Of a DNA stretch of 47,486 nucleotides, positions 41,244 through 47,486 are shown piece by piece. How positions within the stretch are numbered: position 1 is the stretch's first letter; the number at the start of each line of letters is the position of its first letter. Source of the stretch: a virus. The position numbers and the translations under genes were made by a program. The notes beneath the pieces were generated by a model, which ran no database searches, was not told where the DNA came from, and was given only the letters and a program-made list of their open reading frames with translations. The DNA is taken from the UHGV virus genome UHGV-0176840; one strand, given 5' to 3'.

Positions 41244-41879
41244 TACTTAAGATATGAATTGATTTATGCGTGAGTTTTCAACTTTCTGAAAGGAAGGTGG
41301 CCAAAATGAATGAAATCTCAATTTGAAGAAGTAAAAATAATTAGCGGTCGAGAGACGCCGGACGCGTAACCGGCACACAACAGGTAAGAGCATCTCGCCC
41401 ATAAGTTGATGCGAAAGCAATCTAAGAGGTGCTCTTTCCGTTGTGGCCAGCAAGACCCTACAACACGCGCGATAATCTTAACCGTAGCGCATGTTGTGGG
41501 GCTGGGAATGGGTTAACATTCAAGAGTGAGATGGTGCGTCACTCCACAATGCACAACAGGTAAGAGCATTGAGCCGATAATCGTGAAGAGTCGGCGAGCT
41601 TGGTTAGCCAGTGCTCTTATCGTTGTGGTGAAGCTCAATGGCGAGCTAGCAGATAGGCGACAGTGAAAATACTAGTCATGTAGCTGACCGCCGCGCGTAC
41701 TGCAATAGGCAGCGCACCTATGGAAGCAGGTTCGATTCCTGTCGCCACAACACTTAATATCCAGCATTATCGCAATCATATGTAGGGGTATGTATGGGTT
41801 ACGGGGCTGGATATTAAGAAAGCACGCTGGCAATGCTTAAACCAGTAATAAGGCCGCTTAATGCGGCTTTATTTATTTC
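41244..41879 (+). ncRNA. candidate structured non-coding RNA locus (three related hairpins plus tRNA-like 3' module)
   Basis: No RBS-bearing ORF; promoter 41209-41237 and terminator 41852-41879 on the plus strand; hairpins 41376-41446, 41460-41499, 41563-41638 share CACAAC.../...GTTGTGG arms; exact tRNA T-loop GGTTCGATTCC at 41729-41739. Confidence 0.4.
41852..41879 (+). terminator. terminator closing the ncRNA locus
   Basis: GCCGCttaatGCGGC + TTTATTTATTT. Confidence 0.55.
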
Positions 41880-42247
41880 ACAACACGCAACAGCAACTCA
41901 TGCACAGGTCTTTTTTCTTCCGTCAGCATTGGCCTTCCGGGTGGCGCTTGCAACTGGATGTAGTTAACGCATGAATCAATCGGATGTGTCTTGATATATT
42001 CGATAATCTCATTGGCCTTCGCATCAACATCAGCCACGTTATACTGCCCATGTTTGCCAACAACATACAGGGAGAAATAGAAGTCACCGCCGAGTCCATC
42101 CATAACCTGCGTGCCACCATTTGATTGCAGGACAATAAATTGCTCATTACCATCTCCGGTGTCATTCCAGAACTGCAACTGCGAAGTCCAGCCTTCATAC
42201 AACCCGGCATCCTGAAGATATGCGTCAACCAGTTCAAGCATATTCAT
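41873..42247 (-). CDS. tail terminator/head-tail joining protein (putative)
   Basis: Last of four small connector-type genes before the major tail gene. Confidence 0.4.
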   Translation of the reverse strand: MNMLELVDAYLQDAGLYEGWTSQLQFWNDTGDGNEQFIVLQSNGGTQVMDGLGGDFYFSLYVVGKHGQYNVADVDAKANEIIEYIKTHPIDSCVNYIQLQAPPGRPMLTEEKRPVHELLLRVVK

Positions 42248-42645
42248 TAGAGTGTCATCTCCTTCTTAATCACGCTATCAACAAGGTCTTTTGTGCGCTG
42301 CGCTGCTTTGGTAAGAAATTGCGGTTCACCACCCGGCGACCAGTACGTACCATTGCCGTTGCTGCGCGGTTTCCCTGCAAGTTTGCCGCTGGCATTGTGG
42401 ACGTAAAGGGCATATTTCGCAGAGTAGCCAACCCTGCCGGTGATCCGCGTTCCACTGACTTCCACAGTATCAAACTGACTGTTAATCAGCGTTGATGTAT
42501 CAATTGGCGTCAACGTGGCTGATTCGGTGCGGATGATGTATGTCGCCGACTTCAGAGCACGCACAGCTTTCGTGGCGATTATCTCATCAACAATTTGCGA
42601 AGCTCTTTCTACGGCTTGGCGGATGCCTCTTAATTTCGCTGGCAT
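42247..42645 (-). CDS. HK97 gp10-like tail component (putative)
   Basis: Size and position; 1-nt overlap coupling. Confidence 0.45.
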   Translation of the reverse strand: MPAKLRGIRQAVERASQIVDEIIATKAVRALKSATYIIRTESATLTPIDTSTLINSQFDTVEVSGTRITGRVGYSAKYALYVHNASGKLAGKPRSNGNGTYWSPGGEPQFLTKAAQRTKDLVDSVIKKEMTL

Positions 42646-42992
42646 TATGTCACCAGTGCAAAATCAGGCGGTTCAGCGCGATTGAACGTGTTCCCATAGT
42701 TAATCACATTCAGAATCTGATTTGCACCAGCCGCCAGCGGGTCAACTTCTGTCACTGTGCCAATCATGATGTAATCACCAACCTTAGCGCCAACATACTC
42801 AGTCCAGAACGTATTCTTCTGCACGATTTCATTGCCTTTCGCATCGGTCGATACATCATCGTTAAATCCATAGTCGCACATGATGCTTACTGGCGCGCCA
42901 AAGGTCGGCTTTCCGTACTTGTCAGTGCCGCTTTTGTGCCAGATGGTGCATGGTTGTGTATAGGAGAACCTAGCCAGCGAAGTCATTTGCAC
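42645..42992 (-). CDS. head closure/head-tail adaptor protein (putative)
   Basis: Size and position in connector cluster. Confidence 0.45.
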   Translation of the reverse strand: MQMTSLARFSYTQPCTIWHKSGTDKYGKPTFGAPVSIMCDYGFNDDVSTDAKGNEIVQKNTFWTEYVGAKVGDYIMIGTVTEVDPLAAGANQILNVINYGNTFNRAEPPDFALVT

Positions 42993-43375
42993 TTACTCCC
43001 ACGCACAACCGCAAGCCACGGTTTACCGCTTCCGTCAGGGTCTTCCACTAAATCGCCAGTGCATCCAGCTGTATCCAGTAGCTTCATCTGATTGTACAGC
43101 GCCACCCACGGCTTGCTGCCATACGCGAATGATTGTGATGCTCCAGACGGCGCGCTCTGGCTGGTAACGTAGCGCCCTGCGGTGTTTGCACTAATCAGGA
43201 TTGAAGCCCACAGCATGATCGCATTTTGTCGGCATTCATCGTTTGGATAGTTCAGTTCAAGGCATTCACTGATTGACGCCACAAGGCACAGAATACCAGA
43301 CGCATCCGTCGTGGTGATAGTAATTCCACGGGATGCCATCTGGCTTACTAATTCTTCAGGTGTTGGTGCTGCCAT
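42983..43375 (-). CDS. gp6-like head-tail connector (putative)
   Basis: Internal Met MAAPTPEELVSQM chosen to avoid a long overlap. Confidence 0.4.
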   Translation of the reverse strand: MAAPTPEELVSQMASRGITITTTDASGILCLVASISECLELNYPNDECRQNAIMLWASILISANTAGRYVTSQSAPSGASQSFAYGSKPWVALYNQMKLLDTAGCTGDLVEDPDGSGKPWLAVVRGSKCK

Positions 43376-43640
43376 TTTTCTTCGACTCCCGTACCTTCCA
43401 CCACATTTCAAAGAGGTTTTTTATTACCAGAGACAGAGCGCCAAGGATTGACGCTACTGCTGCCCACTCTGTCAGGCTGTGTGGAATCATAGCCTCAAAA
43501 TAAGATTGAGTGACAGGTGTTTGCTCTGCAACTTTTAGACCGATACCAGTACCAATAGAGGCATATCCAGCCTTATCAATCACCTGCCCTGCCGTTCCGC
43601 TTATAATCTGTTCTGCGACTTGCCTTAGTGCTCCGTTCAT
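43356..43640 (-). CDS. hypothetical protein with C-terminal TM segment
   Basis: 94-aa ORF. Confidence 0.35.
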   Translation of the reverse strand: MNGALRQVAEQIISGTAGQVIDKAGYASIGTGIGLKVAEQTPVTQSYFEAMIPHSLTEWAAVASILGALSLVIKNLFEMWWKVRESKKNGSTNT

Positions 43641-43672
43641 TGCGTGTCTCGCTGATGATATGTTTCCAGCAC

Positions 43673-44113
43673 TTATAGATTTGAATCAGCGAAAAAACAA
43701 TGGCGACCACGCCAAGAATAATGTCCAATTTCGCCGCCCCATTTAAAAGTGATGGAAAGGATGAACAGATGGATGCCGATAATAATAAATGCGTACTGCG
43801 CATGAAGCGGCGTTTCTACAGGCGTGATAAATTCCCATACGAATGACTCTATCGCAACCAGCCATTCGTAAAGGCTCATCGTCAGCACGCAGAGCGCCAT
43901 CTTTGTACTTTTGCGCAGCGCAATAGCCGGAAACAACCAGACCATAGACTGCGCAAGGTAATACAGATATTCGGCGGGAAATGAATCAACAAGCACCCAT
44001 CCAAGATACACAGACATCACCATTGCCGGAATGAACACCAGAAACGCGACCATGCCAGTGCAAGCGAAACCCAGCACATACATGATCATGATGGCAATAT
44101 CTGCGCCGAACAT
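43673..44113 (-). CDS. polytopic membrane protein (4 TM)
   Basis: 146-aa hydrophobic ORF near the start of the leftward late block. Confidence 0.4.
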   Translation of the reverse strand: MFGADIAIMIMYVLGFACTGMVAFLVFIPAMVMSVYLGWVLVDSFPAEYLYYLAQSMVWLFPAIALRKSTKMALCVLTMSLYEWLVAIESFVWEFITPVETPLHAQYAFIIIGIHLFILSITFKWGGEIGHYSWRGRHCFFADSNL

Positions 44114-44233
44114 TATTTTTTACCGCGCGATGGTGAGCGGGTGGAGCCGTTTGGCTTCACTGCGCCAGTTTTGCCGCCAGTTTTGGTATTGCCAGTAGCG
44201 CGTGAACGAGACGGACCGTTTGTCGAACCCATG
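44113..44233 (-). CDS. small basic Gly/Ser/Thr/Lys-rich protein (40 aa)
   Basis: Not in ORF track; AGGAG SD; TAATG overlap with next gene. Confidence 0.3.
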
Positions 44234-44278
44234 TTTAAATCTCCTGTTGTTTGATTAGCATGATTTTAGCATATTCCT

Positions 44279-44307
44279 GTTGACGTAGATTGATGAGGTG
44301 TTTATAG
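44279..44307 (+). promoter_or_regulatory. promoter for the 44.3-47.3 kb rightward block
   Basis: TTGACGTAGATTG 44279-44291, 17-nt spacer, TATAGT 44302-44307; second TGACGTAGAA copy at 44311. Confidence 0.5.
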
Positions 44308-44331
44308 TTAGTGACGTAGAAACAACAATAA

Positions 44332-44610
44332 ATGTTAGAGGTGATGGAAATGTTTGATATTGATAACCCAAGCGATGACAAAGCTAAGTTGATTGATGCG
44401 GTCGCTTGCAGTTTCGCATTCTGCCAGACAGAAGGTGAGTATCAGGTTGTAAAGATGTGCATTGTTGGGTTCTTCTCGGCAATCAACATTCCTGATGATG
44501 AGGCGGTTGATATTTTGCTGTGCGCCGCTGGTAATTGCGCTGAGGCGGACGAATGTATTGATGAACTGGTAGAGGAGTTTGGCGGCATTTTTCAGGGTGA
44601 TGAGGAGTAA
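44332..44610 (+). CDS. small acidic protein
   Basis: Asp/Glu-rich, Cys-containing; first gene after promoter 44279-44307. Confidence 0.4.
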   Translation: MLEVMEMFDIDNPSDDKAKLIDAVACSFAFCQTEGEYQVVKMCIVGFFSAINIPDDEAVDILLCAAGNCAEADECIDELVEEFGGIFQGDEE

Positions 44611-44613
44611 ATT

Positions 44614-44805
44614 ATGGCAAACATGTCCTACTGTAGATTCAGTAATACAGAGCAAGACTTCAATGATTGTGTTGATGCAATTGGCAACATTGAGTCTATT
44701 GGTGACTTAAGCAATGCAGAACGGAAGTCTGCTGAGCGACTGTACCATCTGGCTAATGAGTACGTCGCATATTACGATCAATTGTTAGAAGAAAGTGGTG
44801 AATGA
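44614..44805 (+). CDS. small acidic protein
   Basis: 63 aa, acidic. Confidence 0.4.
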   Translation: MANMSYCRFSNTEQDFNDCVDAIGNIESIGDLSNAERKSAERLYHLANEYVAYYDQLLEESGE

Positions 44806-44995
44806 TATGAAAGATGAATTTATTGATTATGACGTTAAGCGCCAAGAAATGGCTTCTGATGCAACGCTGCGTGACTATTTTGCCGCAAAAGCAATGCAGT
44901 CTCTGTTAATTACATCACCAAATATGGGTTATGGCGAGAAGGCTGAACATGCTTACCTTATCGCAGAAAGAATGATGGAGGCGAGAGTTAAATGA
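44795..44995 (+). CDS. hypothetical protein
   Basis: 66-aa ORF. Confidence 0.35.
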   Translation: MVNDMKDEFIDYDVKRQEMASDATLRDYFAAKAMQSLLITSPNMGYGEKAEHAYLIAERMMEARVK

Positions 44996-45801
44996 AAACA
45001 CTAAGCAAAATCTATTCAGACAAAGAAACGCGGAACGGCATCGCTGTTAACAAAACCTATCTCGTGCCAGTTGAGCAAATCTATCTGGAGCCGGGATACA
45101 ACATCCGTGAGGCAGATGAGCAGCATGTTGAATATTTCGCACAGTGCTGGGAATCAGGTCAGCCATTGCCAGCATTAACAGTTATCCCAGATGAGAAGGG
45201 AATCCGCATTCTTGATGGCCAGCATCGCTATCTAGGCGCGCTGCGAGCCATTGAGCGTGGTGCGCCAATCGTTCGCATCGAGTGTAAGGATTTTACTGGC
45301 GATGAGGCTGATAAAATCGCCTTCATGGTGTCATCCAGTCAGGGCAAGCAGCTCGACCCATTTGAACGCGCGAAGGCTTATACGCGACTGAAAGGCTTTG
45401 GCTGGACGAATGAAGAAATCGCCAAGAAGGTAGGTCGTTCAGTATCTGACGTGCAGATGCACCTGTCACTTGGTGATGTTCCTGCGGAAGTAAAAGCGCG
45501 AATCAGTGCGGGGCAAATCAGTTATGCAAATGCCGTAGCAGTAACGCGTGAGCATGGAGAGGATGCGGTGAAAGTTATCGACGAGGCTGTGGAAGAAGCA
45601 AAGGCGCAAGGTAAAGAAAAGGTCACAGCGAAGGTGCTGAAGTCGAAAAAGATTAAGCCAGTGGACCGCCTGATTGAGTTATTGAAGCCAGCAGACCACG
45701 TGATTCTCCCTGCTGGTCATGTGGTGGCAGAGGATGAGGAGTTTATTCAGATTCCTGTTGCTGACATTCACGAGGTTATGGCAATTCTGGAGAAGATGTG
45801 A
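44992..45801 (+). CDS. ParB-like nuclease domain protein
   Basis: ParB/Srx motif ILDGQHRY; overlaps the methyltransferase start (GTGA). Confidence 0.7.
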   Translation: MKTLSKIYSDKETRNGIAVNKTYLVPVEQIYLEPGYNIREADEQHVEYFAQCWESGQPLPALTVIPDEKGIRILDGQHRYLGALRAIERGAPIVRIECKDFTGDEADKIAFMVSSSQGKQLDPFERAKAYTRLKGFGWTNEEIAKKVGRSVSDVQMHLSLGDVPAEVKARISAGQISYANAVAVTREHGEDAVKVIDEAVEEAKAQGKEKVTAKVLKSKKIKPVDRLIELLKPADHVILPAGHVVAEDEEFIQIPVADIHEVMAILEKM

Positions 45802-46598
45802 TGATAGTCCACTATTACAATGAGTGGGACAAGGGCGCAGCGGCATGGCTGCGTGAATTAATTAACAATAAACTAATTCCTTACGGATATGTCGATGAAC
45901 GATCAATCACCGAAGTCACCCCTTCAGACCTGGAAGGATTTACACAGTGTCACTTCTTTGCCGGAATCGGAGGGTGGCCCCTTGCACTCCAGCTGGCAGG
46001 AATACCAGAAAGCACTCGACTCTGGACAGGATCACCACCTTGCCAGCCGTTTAGCGTTGCCGGTAATTCTCTCGGATTTGACGACGATCGACACCTTGCC
46101 CCAGCATTTCTCAGGCTCATCAGAGAGTGCAAGCCTGAATTGCTGTTTGGAGAGCAGGTTGCAGCAGCAATTGGGAAGCACTGGCTCGATTTTGTATTCC
46201 TTAACCTGGAAGACAAAGGCTACGCCTGCGGGGCGTCAGTATTGCCAGCTTGCAGCGTCGGCTCTCCACAGGAAAGGAAAAGAATCATCTTTGGCGCGAG
46301 GATGGGCGACACCAACGGCGCGAGGATGGAAGGATTACGGGAATCTCAGCAAGTCATTTTACAGAAAGGACGGAAAATTCAGGAGCGATACTCTTTATCG
46401 CCAGATGTGGCTTCATGTTTATGGGATTCATGGAAACCCAACCATGGAGCAGATAAGGAAACTAGAGTCATACCAGGCGGATTTTGCGAGGCAACTCATG
46501 GGGTATCCGCAAGAGTGGGACGATTGCGCGGTTATGGCAATGCCATAGTTCCACAAGTCGCAGCAGAATTCATTAAAGCATTCATGAGGTCCGTTTAA
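45798..46598 (+). CDS. Dcm-like DNA cytosine-5 methyltransferase, with target-recognition domain and motif IX out of frame
   Basis: Motifs I FAGIGG, IV PCQPFS, VI FGEQV, VIII QERKRIIF and X GYGNAIV are in this frame; TLSARYYKDG-like target-recognition motif (TPTARGWKDYG) and motif IX (ARQLMGYPQEW) are in the +1 frame (ORF 45889..46548). Confidence 0.6.
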   Translation: MMIVHYYNEWDKGAAAWLRELINNKLIPYGYVDERSITEVTPSDLEGFTQCHFFAGIGGWPLALQLAGIPESTRLWTGSPPCQPFSVAGNSLGFDDDRHLAPAFLRLIRECKPELLFGEQVAAAIGKHWLDFVFLNLEDKGYACGASVLPACSVGSPQERKRIIFGARMGDTNGARMEGLRESQQVILQKGRKIQERYSLSPDVASCLWDSWKPNHGADKETRVIPGGFCEATHGVSARVGRLRGYGNAIVPQVAAEFIKAFMRSV

Positions 46599-46771
46599 TG
46601 ACACCAGAACAATTCATCGGAAAACAGCTTCGCGCAAAGCTGCCTGACATAGACCAGATGGCAATTGATGCGGCAATCCAGTATTACAAGCGCAATCAGA
46701 GCGCAAAGAAGGGTGGCATTTTTGAAGAATGCCTGAAGGTTGCAAAACAACATATGATTAAGGTGAAGTGA
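46598..46771 (+). CDS. small hypothetical protein (57 aa)
   Basis: TAATG overlap with the methyltransferase stop; ATGA-type overlap with next gene. Confidence 0.3.
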   Translation: MTPEQFIGKQLRAKLPDIDQMAIDAAIQYYKRNQSAKKGGIFEECLKVAKQHMIKVK

Positions 46772-47307
46772 TGAAACTAAAAATCAGCAAACTATTACTT
46801 GAGTCAGCATTAATATTTCAGGCTCGCAATGATGTGCGTTACTACCTGAATGGTATTTGCTTCATGCCTGATGGTCGTATTGCCTCAACTGATGGTCATC
46901 GCGCATTCATTGGTGGTAGTCATGACAATAAGCTGACAGAAAATGTGATCATCAAGATTGGCAAATCTCCAACAAAACAGTATGAGTACGCCATCATTGA
47001 TACCAAGACGAAAATTGCAACGTATCATGATGAGTCTGGCGCGATGGTTGGCTCTGGTATCTGCGAAGAGATTGATGGTCGATTCCCTGATATTGATCTC
47101 GTGATACCAAAGGAGACGAAAGCAGCAGAGGAAATTGGATTCAACGCTGGCTATCTTGTTGATATTGAGAAAGTAGCGAAGCTGTTTAATCCTAAATTCT
47201 GTAGCGTTAAGTTTGAATTGAATGGGAATACAAATGCCGCAGCTTGCTGCCTTAGTGCGCCATCTGGCGAGACTGCGAAGATTGTTGTTATGCCGATGCG
47301 TCTGTAG
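46768..47307 (+). CDS. truncated DNA polymerase III beta sliding-clamp homolog
   Basis: ARNDVRYYLNGICF, TDGHR, DGRFPD, EIGFNAGYL and C-terminal VVMPMRL align with E. coli DnaN domains II-III (QDVRYYLNGMLF, TDGHR, DGRFPD, EIGFNVSYV, VVMPMRL) but the protein is only 179 aa. Confidence 0.6.
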   Translation: MMKLKISKLLLESALIFQARNDVRYYLNGICFMPDGRIASTDGHRAFIGGSHDNKLTENVIIKIGKSPTKQYEYAIIDTKTKIATYHDESGAMVGSGICEEIDGRFPDIDLVIPKETKAAEEIGFNAGYLVDIEKVAKLFNPKFCSVKFELNGNTNAAACCLSAPSGETAKIVVMPMRL

Positions 47308-47315
47308 CAATAAAA

Positions 47316-47340
47316 AACCCGCATTATGCGGGTTTTGTTT
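47316..47340 (+). terminator. bidirectional terminator between convergent genes
   Basis: AACCCGCAttaTGCGGGTT + TTGTTT, A-run upstream. Confidence 0.6.
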
Positions 47341-47486
47341 ACTCTGCTTTCTTTTTCTTTGTCGTCTTTTGTTGTGGTGTTGCGACTTCGAAAGACTTTT
47401 CCAGTTCTGGCATGATGCGCAGTTTTGGCAGCAGATGCTCGCCTGGTTCGGTAATCACCTCGCCAAGCTGCAACTCACGAATCTTG
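47339..47486 (-). CDS. hypothetical protein, C-terminal fragment (ORF enters from beyond window end)
   Basis: Open minus-strand frame ...KIRELQLGEVITEPGEHLLPKLRIMPELEKSFEVATPQQKTTKKKKAE* ending at TAA 47341-47339. Confidence 0.4.
   Translation of the reverse strand, partial: KIRELQLGEVITEPGEHLLPKLRIMPELEKSFEVATPQQKTTKKKKAE

Noticed and set aside
41376-41638. Retron msr/msd or CRISPR-like repeat-spacer unit for the hairpin family
   Set aside because: No reverse transcriptase or cas gene lies anywhere in the window, and the repeats are inverted (hairpin) rather than direct. The retron-like possibility is kept only as a hypothesis within the ncRNA finding.
41656-41747. Canonical tRNA gene
   Set aside because: It has acceptor-like pairing and a perfect T-loop, GGTTCGATTCC. 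However, position 8 is G, the D-loop has no GG, no clean 5-bp anticodon stem could be drawn, and the length is 92 nt. It is therefore reported only as tRNA-like, and tRNAscan-SE should decide.
45889-46548. ORF 45889..46548 as an independent gene overlapping the methyltransferase gene
   Set aside because: Its 5' two-thirds overlaps methyltransferase motifs I-VIII in another frame. Only its 3' part carries methyltransferase sequence (target-recognition motif and motif IX), so it is better read as the frame-shifted middle of the methyltransferase gene (see finding).

Overview
This 47.5-kb window looks like a nearly complete, probably circularly permuted genome of an enterobacterial siphovirus (T1-like/lambdoid mosaic). 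No integrase or repressor was seen. Two long leftward (minus-strand) late blocks carry the structural genes. The first runs terminase small and large subunits, portal, minor head protein, a lambda-like lysis cassette (R-type endolysin, holin-like protein, nested Rz/Rz1), prohead protease/scaffold, decoration protein and major capsid protein. The second runs head-tail connector proteins, major tail protein, assembly chaperone, tape measure, and lambda M/L/K/J-like tip proteins plus a tail fiber. Between them are rightward (plus-strand) early blocks. Block 19.9-29.7 kb holds a 543-aa protein next to an iteron array, a primase, an SF2 helicase, and a recombination module (VRR-NUC nuclease, RecE-like exonuclease, Sak4-like ATPase, SSB). 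Block 44.3-47.3 kb holds acidic proteins, a ParB-like nuclease-domain protein, a Dcm-like C5-methyltransferase and a truncated beta-clamp homolog. Several small plus-strand morons sit inside the late blocks; one of them carries an Imm-family superinfection-immunity protein. The plus-strand units are each bounded by a recurring promoter, TTGAC(A/G)-N17-TAGATT, and a rho-independent terminator. There are three free-standing homing endonucleases: two HNH and one T5orf172/GIY-YIG-like. The most unusual feature is a ~640-bp non-coding, highly structured locus at 41.2-41.9 kb. It is transcribed antisense to the late operon, contains three related hairpins and a tRNA-like 3' module, and is a candidate novel ncRNA system. 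Other notable points are listed below.
- A 14-copy CCGGTAACT iteron array flanks a 120-bp AT-rich region and is the candidate origin.
- The C5-methyltransferase has its target-recognition domain and motif IX in a shifted reading frame.
- One HNH endonuclease is interrupted at an A6 run.
- A half-length DnaN homolog is present.
- A 66-codon ORF closes in frame when the two window ends are joined.
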